Assembly (NCBI GenBank): GCA_965207735.1
Contig: OZ242296.1
Location: forward strand, 1,504,001-1,568,000
Direction: 5' to 3'
Source of the DNA: Candidatus Versatilivorator sp.
GTDB lineage: Bacteria; Acidobacteriota; Terriglobia; Versatilivoradales; Versatilivoraceae
DNA: 64,000 nucleotides
A program made the translations under genes and the position numbers. This document shows positions 1-9,231 of the stretch, piece after piece. Every line of letters begins with the position of its first letter. Position 1 is the stretch's first letter. The notes under the pieces are model-generated. The model was not told where the DNA came from, did no database searches, and saw nothing but the letters and a program-made list of their open reading frames with translations.

Positions 1-352
1 CCCTGAAGCTCAGGCGGTTCTTGCCGATCAGTGCGTAACGGACCAGGATGACCCAGGCCTTTCCGGGGACATACTTTCCCAATTGACTGACAAAATAGGC
101 AAAATGGCAATCCAACCGGGGAACTTTCCCTCCAAGGCAGCCCACCGCCCTCCGCCAGAAATCGGCAAACACGGCCATTCCAACCAGGTAGCAGAGGAGG
201 CTCAAGCTCAGCATCGGCACCGAGAATCGGACCTGGGAGGACTCCATCCTGGCCAGCGCTGACAGTACCTCCTTTCCGGCAGCAACCAGGACCACCAGCC
301 CCAAGACGACCTTGGCCAGCGACAGCAGGGATTGCTTGAGCTTGGAGTCCAT
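1..352 (-). CDS. Partial (runs off window) membrane protein, lysylphosphatidylglycerol-synthase TM / YbhN flippase-like
   Basis: Manual translation MDSKLKQSLLSLAKVVLGLVV...AYFVSQLGKYVPGKAWV; hydrophobic, with the family-typical SQLGKYxPG motif; absent from the ORF track. Confidence 0.6.
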   Translation of the reverse strand, partial: MDSKLKQSLLSLAKVVLGLVVLVAAGKEVLSALARMESSQVRFSVPMLSLSLLCYLVGMAVFADFWRRAVGCLGGKVPRLDCHFAYFVSQLGKYVPGKAWVILVRYALIGKNRLSFR

Positions 353-627
353 GAAGTTGGCCAAAGGGGTCGAAGATCGAGCCGGCGGATGGCGACGACC
401 AAGTGTCGCAGGAACGTCCCAAACGAAGCGAAGGGAACTCCCGGGGGCAGCACCGACCGTTCCCATGGCCACCGGCGGCCGGGTGAAATCTATAGGATTC
501 AAGCCATTCCGGCAAGTTCTCTCGATTTAGCCACCGCTTGTTCGACCATTTCCGTGGCGCAACCAGCCCCGTTGTCCCTATAGTGGGTCTTCCCTCGATT
601 TCATCAGTCCAGCACGGAGGTCTCCCC

Positions 628-1926
628 ATGTCCGGTCGATATCTGACAATTTCCCTGGCCCTGGTCTTGATCGCGTTTTTCGCCGGCGAGGTCGAAACCG
701 CCGGCCCCATTCCGGGCAGTCCGACCAACGACGGCATCCACATGATCCTTCCCGAGGGAGAGGCCAATCGATACTGGCCCCGCTGGCGAGGTCCCTCCGG
801 TCAGGGGCTGGTTGGCGACGGAGGCTATCCCGATTCCTGGTCGGCCACCTCAAACGTCCTGTGGCAGGTCGAGGTGCCGGGCCGAGGCAATTCCTCGCCG
901 ATCGTGTGGGGCGACCGGATCTTCCTGACCACCGCCCGGGATGGCGGCAAACGCCCATCGGTGCTGTGCTATCGGAGATCCGACGGAAAGCTGCTTTGGG
1001 AATCCACCCTCCCCGAGGGCGAGCCCGGCCGGGTCTACTGGAAGAACTCGCACGCCTCGGGCACGCCGGCCACCGACGGAGAACGGGTATACGCCCCCTT
1101 CGGCAGCCAGGGACTGGCCGCGGTGGATTTCCAGGGGAAGGTCGTGTGGCGCCACAGCCTGGGACCGATTCAAAACTACCATGGGCCGGCAGGCTCGCCG
1201 GTCCTGTACGGAGACAAGATCTTCCTCTACGAGGACCAGCGACAGGGTGCTTTCCTGGCCGCCTTCGACAAGCGAACCGGCCAAGCCCTCTGGAAGACCG
1301 AGCGCAAGGCCAGCGTGGGTTGGGGCACACCTATCGTCATCCGGGCCGGAGACCGCGACGAGTTGATCGTCAGCAGCCAGGCGCGGGTCACAGCCTACGA
1401 TCCGGCCAGCGGCACGGCCCTCTGGCACTGTGGGGGCAACCTGGCCGAGGTCATTCCTACCCCCGTGGTGGGTCACGGCCTGGTTTTCTGCGTGTCCGGC
1501 CGCGCCGGACCGACCCTGGCCATTCGACCGGGCGGATCGGGAGATGTCACCGGGACCCACTTGGCCTGGAAGCAGTCCAAGGGAGCCTCCTTCGTCCCCT
1601 CGCCGCTGCTCTACGGGGATCTGCTTTACCAGGTGAACGACATGGTGAGCGTGGCCACCTGCTATGAGGCCACCACCGGAAAGGTCCTGTGGCAGGGACG
1701 CCTGGGCGAGCCCAAGTCCGAGGGGTTTTCCTCCTCGCCCGTGGGAGTGGACGGCAAGGTGTTTTTCACCAACGATGCCGGTGAAACCTTCGTGCTCAAG
1801 GCGGGAAAAAAGTTCGAACTGCTCCGGGTGAATCGCCTGGAGGCTCCAGTGCTGGCGTCCCCCGCCTTGGTGGACGGCCGCTGGTACTTCAGAACCGACA
1901 AGCATCTGTTGGCGATCGGGAAGTGA
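628..1926 (+). CDS. Secreted PQQ-binding-like / BamB-like beta-propeller protein
   Basis: GGAGG SD before ATG 628; signal peptide; WPRWRGP, SSPIVWGDRIF and repeated Trp-docking motifs. Confidence 0.85.
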   Translation: MSGRYLTISLALVLIAFFAGEVETAGPIPGSPTNDGIHMILPEGEANRYWPRWRGPSGQGLVGDGGYPDSWSATSNVLWQVEVPGRGNSSPIVWGDRIFLTTARDGGKRPSVLCYRRSDGKLLWESTLPEGEPGRVYWKNSHASGTPATDGERVYAPFGSQGLAAVDFQGKVVWRHSLGPIQNYHGPAGSPVLYGDKIFLYEDQRQGAFLAAFDKRTGQALWKTERKASVGWGTPIVIRAGDRDELIVSSQARVTAYDPASGTALWHCGGNLAEVIPTPVVGHGLVFCVSGRAGPTLAIRPGGSGDVTGTHLAWKQSKGASFVPSPLLYGDLLYQVNDMVSVATCYEATTGKVLWQGRLGEPKSEGFSSSPVGVDGKVFFTNDAGETFVLKAGKKFELLRVNRLEAPVLASPALVDGRWYFRTDKHLLAIGK

Positions 1927-2016
1927 GGGTGGGACAAACCTGACTTTCGCACCGGCGGCGTTGATTGGGCCCCACCGGCTCGACCGCGGGCATCGCCCTC
2001 TCGCGACGCCGTGTCT

Positions 2017-2255
2017 GCCCCCCTCCGGATCGACTGCGGGCTGCGCCCTTGTCTCTCCGACTCCCCCTCAAGGGGGGAGTGAACCCGTGTTATGAAGAGG
2101 CAACGGAGTTTATGCGGTAGACCGGGAACATGGTTTACATCCTGCCCAGGAATCGGGCAAGAGGCCTTGTGCAAGCCTCAAGTATCACTCCCCCCTTGAG
2201 GGGGAGTCGGAGAAGCCGAGCCGAATGGCGAAGGCTGATCCGGAGGGGGGCGACG
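2017..2255. repeat. REP-like stem-loop repeats, family R1 (ACTCCCCC-TCAA/TTGA-GGGGGAGT)
   Basis: Two opposed copies between convergent genes; ~65 bp (2017-2082) recurs near-identically at ~8525-8590, and 2180-2255 recurs at ~8878-8950. Confidence 0.8.
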
Positions 2256-2266
2256 CCGGGCGTCCC

Positions 2267-3718
2267 CTACTTGTCCGTCTCCGCTGACTCGGTCTCCAGG
2301 TCCTGAAAGGCCTGGAAGTGCCGGCCGGCCTCCTCGTGGCGGCCCAGCCGGGTGAACGCCTTGCCCAGCAGCAGTTGAGCCCGCTTGTTCCTGGGGTCCC
2401 GATCGGCGGCTTCCCGCAGAACCTGGACGGCCGGTTCGTAGGCGCCCGTCCGCAGGTAGCTGTCTCCCAACTCCACCCGGGCCTCCACTTCCCCGGTATC
2501 GGCTTCCACCACTTCTTTCAAAAGCGGCACGGCTTGGTCGTCCCGGCCCAGCTTCACCAGAACGGTCGCCAGATTGAATCGGGCCTTGCGCCGGTCCGCC
2601 GGGTTGTCCTGCGACAAAGCGACCGCCCGTCGCAGTGCCTGCTCCGCCAGCTCGAATTCACCCACCGTCTGCAGGTCCATTCCGGCCTCCAGTTGGGACT
2701 GAAGGTGACCCGGAAACTTCCCCACCGCCTGGCGGGCCTGACGGGTGGTGGCCTGGATGTCCCCCTTGGAGCGGTAGGCGCTCAGCAACAGCAGGTGGAC
2801 CTCCGCCTTGTCGGGGTCCTGCTTCACCAAAGCCTCCAACTGGGCAGTAGCCCCCGCATGGTCGCCCTCACCGATCAGGGCCTTGCCGAGCAGGAAGCCA
2901 AGACGGGGATCCCGAGGCCGCAGCTTCTGAGCCTCCAGCAGGCGCTCCCTGGCCTGGCTGAACTTACCCTCGGCCAGCAGCCCGCTTCCATAAAGCAGCA
3001 GGGTGGGCACCGAGGCGGGGTTTAGCCGGTGAGCCTTCTCCAGGTAAGGCCACATCCGCCCGGTCTGGTCGGTTCGAAACAGGGCGGTTGCCAACAGGTA
3101 GTTGGCCTCGGCCGACCCGGGACTGGCCTCTGCCAGCCTGCTCAACAGAGGCAGCGATTCCGGAAACTTCTCCTTCCAGACGAACAGCTTGGCCGCCCGC
3201 AGCGCCATTTCGGGACCGAAGGCCTCCATTTTTTCAGCCGTGGCCACGGCTGCGGCCGGGTCGCCCGTTTCCAGAAAGGCCAGGCAAAGATGAAAGAGCG
3301 CCTCGGGATGGCGGAGCAAGGCCGCTTCAATCGGACGCAGGACCTCGATACTTTCCCGGTTCCGCTTCTGCTTGGTCAGGACGATACCGAGCCGAATCCG
3401 GGCAAAGAGAAAGTCGGTGTCGAGCCGCAACGACTCCCGATAGGCCTTCTCCGCCGCGGCGAACCTGTTCTGCATTTCGCGGGCGTAGCCCAGCAAACCA
3501 TGACCGTCGGGCTCGGGCCCGGCCTTGACCGCGGCTTCCAGAACCGCCTCGGCCCGGGCGTAGCTGCCGGCCCTCATCAGCTCGGTTGCCCTCTGGTAAC
3601 GGGGGTTGGAGAAGACCGCGTTCGGGTCCCGGGCGGCGGGCGCGGCCCGAAGGAGCGTTCCCGCCAGGAAGCAACAACCGGCGGCCGCCAGTCCGATCCA
3701 TGCTTTGCGACGTTTCAT
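2267..3718 (-). CDS. Secreted tetratricopeptide-repeat protein
   Basis: 483 aa, N-terminal signal-like segment, many TPR helices (A..LG...G....A). Confidence 0.85.
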   Translation of the reverse strand: MKRRKAWIGLAAAGCCFLAGTLLRAAPAARDPNAVFSNPRYQRATELMRAGSYARAEAVLEAAVKAGPEPDGHGLLGYAREMQNRFAAAEKAYRESLRLDTDFLFARIRLGIVLTKQKRNRESIEVLRPIEAALLRHPEALFHLCLAFLETGDPAAAVATAEKMEAFGPEMALRAAKLFVWKEKFPESLPLLSRLAEASPGSAEANYLLATALFRTDQTGRMWPYLEKAHRLNPASVPTLLLYGSGLLAEGKFSQARERLLEAQKLRPRDPRLGFLLGKALIGEGDHAGATAQLEALVKQDPDKAEVHLLLLSAYRSKGDIQATTRQARQAVGKFPGHLQSQLEAGMDLQTVGEFELAEQALRRAVALSQDNPADRRKARFNLATVLVKLGRDDQAVPLLKEVVEADTGEVEARVELGDSYLRTGAYEPAVQVLREAADRDPRNKRAQLLLGKAFTRLGRHEEAGRHFQAFQDLETESAETDK

Positions 3719-3733
3719 GGCTTCTGTTGTAGC

Positions 3734-5425
3734 TCAGAAAACCGGAGTCTCCCGGTAGGTCCCCCAGACCTGCTTGAGGGTTTCGACGATATCGCCCATG
3801 GAGGCTCCCCGCCTCACCAGCTCGACGGTCACCGGCAGGATGTTCTGCGACTCGTCCCGCGCCACCGCCTTGAGCCGCCCCAGCAGCTCCTGAACGGCGG
3901 CCTCGTCCCGGTTGGCCCGGACCTGCCGGGTCCGCTCGATCTGGCGCTCGGCCGACTTGGGATCGTAGGGGTGCACCTCCAGGTCCAGCGTTTCCTCTTC
4001 CTCCACGAAGCGGTTGACTCCGATGACCGGCTTTTCCCCCGACTGCTTTCTGAGGGCCGTCTCGTAAGCGTCCTCGGCGATTTTCCGTTGGAACCATCCC
4101 TCCTCGATCAGCTTCACCGTGCCTCCGCGCGCATCCACCTCATTCAGAATGGCCTGGATCGCCTGGACATATTGGTCGGTGAGTTTCTCCACATAATAGG
4201 AACCGCCCAGGGGATCCACTACGTTGGCCACGTTGGACTCCTCGGCGATGACCTGCTGGGTGCGCAGGGCGATCTTCATGGCTTCCTCGGTGGGAATGGA
4301 AAAGGCCTCGTCCATGCCGTTGGTGTGCAGGCTCTGGGCCCCACCCAGCACGGCCGCCAGGGCCTGCAGGGCGGTTCTCACGATGTTGACCTTGTACTGA
4401 GGCCGGGTGAGGGTGGCCGCGGCCGTCTGACAGTGGAACCGGAGGCGCATGGAGGCGGGATTGGTGGCCCCGAAGCGTTCCCGCATGATGGTGGCATAGA
4501 CCCGGCGTACGGCGCGAAAGCGGGCCGCCTCTTCGAAGAAGTCGGAGCCGCAGGCAAAGAAGAAGGACAGTCGGGGGGCGAACTGGTCCACCGGCATGCC
4601 GGTCTTGACCACCTCTTCCACGTAGACGATGGTGTTGGCCAGGGTGAAGGCCAGCTCGTGCAGGGGAGAGGCCCCGGCTTCATTGATGTGGTACCCGCAG
4701 ATATTGACCGGGTTGTAGCGCTTCATCCGTTGAGCGCAATAGGCGATGCAGTCCCTGACGATCCGCACCGAGGGAGCGATGGGATAGATCCACTCCTTCT
4801 GGGCCATGTACTCCTTCAGCATGTCGGCCTGAATCGTCCCCGACAAGCGATTGAGGTCGAACCCGCGCTTCTCGGCCAGGGCCACGTACATGGCCAGCAG
4901 GATCCAGGCGGAGGGGTTGATGGTCATCGAAACCGAGATTTCTTCCAGGTCGATGTCGGCAAAGAGATCCTCCATGTCGGACAGGGTGTCGATGGCCACT
5001 CCCCCCCTCCCCACCTCACCCCGGCTCATGGCGTGGTCGGAGTCGTATCCCATCAGGGTCGGCATGTCGAAATCGGTGGAAAGTCCGGTCTGGCCCTGCT
5101 GAATCAGATACTTGAAGCGCTTGTTGGTATCGGCGCCGGTCCCGTAGCCCGCAATCTGGCGCATGGTCCAGCGCCGGCCCCGATACATGGTGGGATAGGG
5201 GCCCCGGGTAAAGGGGTACCGTCCGGGCAGACCGACGTCCTCCAGCGGGATATCCTGAACATCCAGAGCCGTGTAGACCCGCTTGACCGGAAATCCGCCC
5301 AGGGTGGCGAACTGCTCCTTCCTCTCGGGCTGGCGGGCCAGGAAGCCGGCAACCTCCCTGCCTTCCCAGGCCTCGAGTTGTTCGGCCAGGTTCCCGATGG
5401 TCTGAGCCTCTTTGGTCTCTTTCAT
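3734..5425 (-). CDS. hcmA: 2-hydroxyisobutyryl-CoA mutase large subunit (B12-dependent acyl-CoA mutase)
   Basis: RQIAG (Ile where MCM has Tyr and ICM has Phe), STDFDMPT (the HCM-type Asp), C-terminus WGTYRETPVF as recalled for HcmA. Confidence 0.9.
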   Translation of the reverse strand: MKETKEAQTIGNLAEQLEAWEGREVAGFLARQPERKEQFATLGGFPVKRVYTALDVQDIPLEDVGLPGRYPFTRGPYPTMYRGRRWTMRQIAGYGTGADTNKRFKYLIQQGQTGLSTDFDMPTLMGYDSDHAMSRGEVGRGGVAIDTLSDMEDLFADIDLEEISVSMTINPSAWILLAMYVALAEKRGFDLNRLSGTIQADMLKEYMAQKEWIYPIAPSVRIVRDCIAYCAQRMKRYNPVNICGYHINEAGASPLHELAFTLANTIVYVEEVVKTGMPVDQFAPRLSFFFACGSDFFEEAARFRAVRRVYATIMRERFGATNPASMRLRFHCQTAAATLTRPQYKVNIVRTALQALAAVLGGAQSLHTNGMDEAFSIPTEEAMKIALRTQQVIAEESNVANVVDPLGGSYYVEKLTDQYVQAIQAILNEVDARGGTVKLIEEGWFQRKIAEDAYETALRKQSGEKPVIGVNRFVEEEETLDLEVHPYDPKSAERQIERTRQVRANRDEAAVQELLGRLKAVARDESQNILPVTVELVRRGASMGDIVETLKQVWGTYRETPVF

Positions 5426-6396
5426 GGCTTCCTCTCGCTACGGAATTGATTCAGCAGGGTCTGAGCCGCCGCATGGGGATGGGTCCTTCCGGACATCATC
5501 CGGTCGGTGAGCTCGGAGATCTGGCGATCGTGGTGGCGCTGAAACTGGTCTCTCAAGATGTTCTCGGCCGACTTCAACAGGCGGGTCTGGGCAATGCGGC
5601 GGCGACGCTGCTCCAGCTCGCCCGAGGAGGTCAGCGCTTCCAGGTGGCCGTCGATGGCGGTCAGCAGCTCGGGAATGCCTTCCCCGCTAACGGAGCTGGT
5701 GGGTATCAGGGGCACCTGCCAGCCGTACTCCTGGGAGTTCCTATGGCCCATGGCCAGCATGTTCTTGAGGTCGGTGACGGTTCGATGGGCATCCGAGCGA
5801 TCGCACTTGCCCACCACGTGAATGTCGGCGATCTCCAGCACTCCCGCCTTGATGGCCTGGATGTCGTCCCCAAGACCCGGGGCCGATACCACCAGGGTGG
5901 TATGGACGGCCTGCACCACGTCGATCTCGTCCTGGCCGACCCCGACGGTCTCGATCAGGACCACATCGTATCCGGCGGCGTCCAGGATGTCGACTCCGCT
6001 GAGCGAGGCCCGGGCCAGCCCCCCCAGGGCTCCCCGCGTGGCCATGCTGCGAATGAAGACGCCGGGATCGGTCACCAGCTCGTTCATGCGAATCCGATCC
6101 CCCAGGATGGATCCTCCCGAAAAGGGGCTGGAGGGATCGACGGCAATCACGCCCACGCTTCGCCCGCCGGCTCGCAGGGCCTTGCAGAGCCGGGTGACCA
6201 GCGCCGATTTGCCGCTCCCGGGCACACCGGTGATCCCCACCACGTGCGCCTTGCCGGTATGGCGGTAGATCTCGGCCAGCGCCTCGTGGCAAGCCTCTTC
6301 CCCGGACTCCGCATGGGTGATCATACGGGCGACGGCGGTCAGCCGTCCTTCCAGAACCTGTTGCACCAGCGCTAAAGGCGAAACCGCCCTTCCCAT
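5422..6396 (-). CDS. meaH: MeaB/MeaH G-protein chaperone of the B12 mutase
   Basis: GxPGSGKS, AVDPSSPFSGGSILGDRIRM, ETVGVGQ; ATGA overlap with hcmA. Confidence 0.9.
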   Translation of the reverse strand: MGRAVSPLALVQQVLEGRLTAVARMITHAESGEEACHEALAEIYRHTGKAHVVGITGVPGSGKSALVTRLCKALRAGGRSVGVIAVDPSSPFSGGSILGDRIRMNELVTDPGVFIRSMATRGALGGLARASLSGVDILDAAGYDVVLIETVGVGQDEIDVVQAVHTTLVVSAPGLGDDIQAIKAGVLEIADIHVVGKCDRSDAHRTVTDLKNMLAMGHRNSQEYGWQVPLIPTSSVSGEGIPELLTAIDGHLEALTSSGELEQRRRRIAQTRLLKSAENILRDQFQRHHDRQISELTDRMMSGRTHPHAAAQTLLNQFRSERKP

Positions 6397-6399
6397 GGC

Positions 6400-7830
6400 T
6401 TAAAGCTCCTTCTCCAGTTTCCGGTTGAGCTCGCGAAACACGTCGCGGTCGTCGACCACCCGCCGCGCCTTGAAGTCGGTCCTCGGGAGGGTGTCGGGCG
6501 CCAGCGCCTCCACCCGGACCCGAATTCCCAGGATCCGCTGCAGCAGGCCGGCCGTCCGGTCCCGGAACGCCCTCAGGGCCTCCTGACCGGTCCCGAAGAC
6601 GGCCCGGGTGGGCTCCACCTGGACCAGCAGCTCGTCCATGGTCCGCTCGCGGGAAATCACGATGCGGTGCTCTCCCCCATAGTCGGCCATGGTATTGAGT
6701 GCCGCGTCGATCTCGTTGGGATAGACATTCTCGCCTCGAATGGTGAAGGCGTCGTCGATGCGGCCGAAGATGCCGTTGGGCAAGCGCGGATAGGTGCGCC
6801 CGCAGGGAGTGGCCCCTTCCTCCCACAGGGCCAGATCCCCGGAGAGCAGGCGAATCATGGGCTGCGAGGTCCTCTCCAGATGGGTATAGACGGGCGTGCC
6901 GCGTTGACCGAAGGGGACCCGCCGGAAGGTGGCCGGATCGCACACTTCAGTGTAGACCAAGTCCTGCCAAAGCAGCATGCCGTCGGTCTCGGCCGTGCCG
7001 GCGCAGTTCATCCAGGGAGTCATTTCGGCCATGGATCCGGAGTCGACCACCTTGGCCCCGAAGGCTTGCTGAATCCTGTCCCGAACGCCCGGCACCGACC
7101 CGCCGGGCTCACCCGAGAAAAACAGGATCTCGAGACCGAACTCAGTGGGGTCGACACCCTGGCTCCCGGCCGTCTCCGCCAGGTGCAGCGCATAGGAGGG
7201 CGTGGAATAGAAGGCCGTGGGCTTGATCTGCCGCAGCCACCTCACCGCCCGCGCCGTCATTCCGGGAGCACCGGCTCCGAAGGGAAAGGACCTGGCTCGC
7301 AGCCGCTCGGAGCCGATCAGGGTTCCCCAGGATCCCCAGTAGAGGCTGAAGAGGGAGGCGATGAAGACCGTGTCTCCCGGCCGCAATCCCATGCCCCACA
7401 TGATCCGGGCGTGGGCGTTGCCGATGGCCTCCCAGTCCCCCCTGCCGACGGCAAAGGCCGTGGGTTGACCGGTGGTCCCGGAGGTTCCGTGGATGTGGTG
7501 GATCTCCTCCTCGGGAATACAGAGGTAGTCGCCGAAGCTGGGAACCCGGGCCTGGGATGCTCTCAAGTCCTGCTTGGTGATGACCGGGACCTTCTCCTCG
7601 AAGTCCTCCAGGCTCCCGAGGTGATCGGGGTGGAAACCGACGCTGTCCCAATGTCTCCGGTAGAAGGCCGAACGCTCATAGGCATATCGCGTCACCTGCT
7701 TCAGCCGCTCCAGGATCAGCGCGTTGCGCTCTTCCGCCGGCATGGTCTCGCGCCGGGGAAACCAGTACTTGCTGGCGGGATCAGGCAGGTAGTCCGGGTT
7801 GTAGTTCGGTGGGAACGACCAGTCCTCGAT
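6400..7830 (-). CDS. hcl: 2-hydroxyisobutyrate-CoA ligase (phenylacetate-CoA ligase family); probable ATC start
   Basis: TSGTTG and GEPG AMP-binding motifs; frame extends 29 codons upstream of ATG 7743 (IEDWSFPPNYNPDYLPDPASKYWFPRRET), matching the recalled HCL N-terminus. Confidence 0.85.
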   Translation of the reverse strand: MEDWSFPPNYNPDYLPDPASKYWFPRRETMPAEERNALILERLKQVTRYAYERSAFYRRHWDSVGFHPDHLGSLEDFEEKVPVITKQDLRASQARVPSFGDYLCIPEEEIHHIHGTSGTTGQPTAFAVGRGDWEAIGNAHARIMWGMGLRPGDTVFIASLFSLYWGSWGTLIGSERLRARSFPFGAGAPGMTARAVRWLRQIKPTAFYSTPSYALHLAETAGSQGVDPTEFGLEILFFSGEPGGSVPGVRDRIQQAFGAKVVDSGSMAEMTPWMNCAGTAETDGMLLWQDLVYTEVCDPATFRRVPFGQRGTPVYTHLERTSQPMIRLLSGDLALWEEGATPCGRTYPRLPNGIFGRIDDAFTIRGENVYPNEIDAALNTMADYGGEHRIVISRERTMDELLVQVEPTRAVFGTGQEALRAFRDRTAGLLQRILGIRVRVEALAPDTLPRTDFKARRVVDDRDVFRELNRKLEKEL

Positions 7831-7845
7831 GGGAAACCTCCTCCG

Positions 7846-8265
7846 TCACCGCGGGCCTCGCTCCCGGACCAGGCGCCGCATGGACTCGACGATCGCCTGC
7901 GGCGGCGTGTCCTGGAGAAGGACCTCGCTCACACCCATCCGTTTGAGTTCCACCACGTCCTCGTCGGGCATCACCCCGCCGCCCACGACGGCGATGTCGC
8001 TGCCGTGCTGCCCGCGAAGCAGCTCCAGCACCCGGGGAAACACCGTCATTTGAGCTCCGGAAAGGATGCTGATGCCCAGGATGTCGACATCCTCCTGGAC
8101 GGCTGCCAGAGCCACTTCCTCGGGAGTGCGGTGGAGCCCGGTGTAGATGACGTCCATGCCGGCATCGCGCAGGCAGCGGGCCACGATCTTGACCCCTCGG
8201 TCATGGCCGTCCAACCCGACCTTGGCGATCATGACGCGAATCGGGTGGGTGTTCGGCGCTTGCAT
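7846..8265 (-). CDS. hcmB: B12-binding small subunit of the mutase
   Basis: GLDGHDRG (DxHxxG) motif; 139 aa; first gene of the operon. Confidence 0.9.
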   Translation of the reverse strand: MQAPNTHPIRVMIAKVGLDGHDRGVKIVARCLRDAGMDVIYTGLHRTPEEVALAAVQEDVDILGISILSGAQMTVFPRVLELLRGQHGSDIAVVGGGVMPDEDVVELKRMGVSEVLLQDTPPQAIVESMRRLVRERGPR

Positions 8266-8523
8266 CCTGTGCTTACCTCATCCTTAACCGGGGCCAGCGC
8301 GCGGCCACTTGTCGGGACCCGGTCGACCCGTTAACGTAGCGCATCCTAAACGATACGCGTGTCGGGGTCAATCGCCGTCCCAGGGTGGTCCCGCGCCAGG
8401 GGATTCACGGCGACCCGCAGGTCAAAACAACAGCCACGATGGTGCCGGGCCGTGTGCGGGCGAGAGGCCCGCGCTCCCAGGGGTGCCGCCCCGGCTGATA
8501 TTCGCTGAAGGGGCGTGGCGTTT

Positions 8524-9012
8524 GCCCCCTCCGGATCGACTGCGGGCTGCGCCCTTGTCTCTCCGACTCCCCCTCAAGGGGGGAGTGATTGGCTTTTGGG
8601 AGGCCGTGCGATCGGGGACGCAGCTCTTAATCCGCCGCCGACGCGGCTGGGTTGGCGCAGAACTCACACGACCCCGGGCTGCCGCCCGGGGCTACACGAG
8701 ACCGCAGCTACGCTGCTCTATAAGGATGGCTTGTAGGCGACCTTGTCTCAGGCAACCCACGCCAACCGCCGAATACGCGGCTCTCCCGTAACCCACGACA
8801 CTGCCGGTGTATAGGATTTTCAATTGACTATTTCCGGGCGTCCGCTCCCCAATTCCGCCCAACGCCGTTCAAGAAACTCAAGTATCACTCCCCCCTTGAG
8901 GGGGAGTCGCAGCCGAGCCGAATGGCGAAGGCTGATGCGGTGGGGGGCCAACGCGGCGCCTCCGAACGGCAGCACCGGATAGCGAAGGCTGATGCGGTGG
9001 GGGGCAGACGCC
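8524..9012. repeat. Cluster of REP-like stem-loops (R1 and R2 type)
   Basis: R1 hairpins at ~8566 and ~8886; GCGAAGGCTGATGCGGTGGGGG twice; CCCGGGCTGCCGCCCGGG hairpin at ~8673. Confidence 0.75.
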
Positions 9013-9231
9013 AGCCCATCAGACAGCGCTCAGGTCCCGGCTAGACAGTCTTCGATCATCGCAGTTCCCCGTCCGCCAAATGGGGCCTCTCCCGCGGTCT
9101 CGTCTCCTCATTAGAATCCCGGACGGCCGTGATAGGATAGGGCACATCTCTTGGTCTTCAACGCAAACAAGGGCCGGCTCTCGGGTGGCTGCCATAGAGA
9201 CCGCCCCCATATCTCCTGGAGGAATCGAATC

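Noticed and set aside
3029-5449. 806-aa plus-strand ORF and similar long antisense ORFs (6667-8334, 37833-39272, 60359-61813)
   Set aside because: Shadow frames of recognised high-GC genes.
8266-9230. Possible cobalamin riboswitch upstream of hcmB
   Set aside because: No B12-box recognised; the region is largely explained by REP-like repeats.
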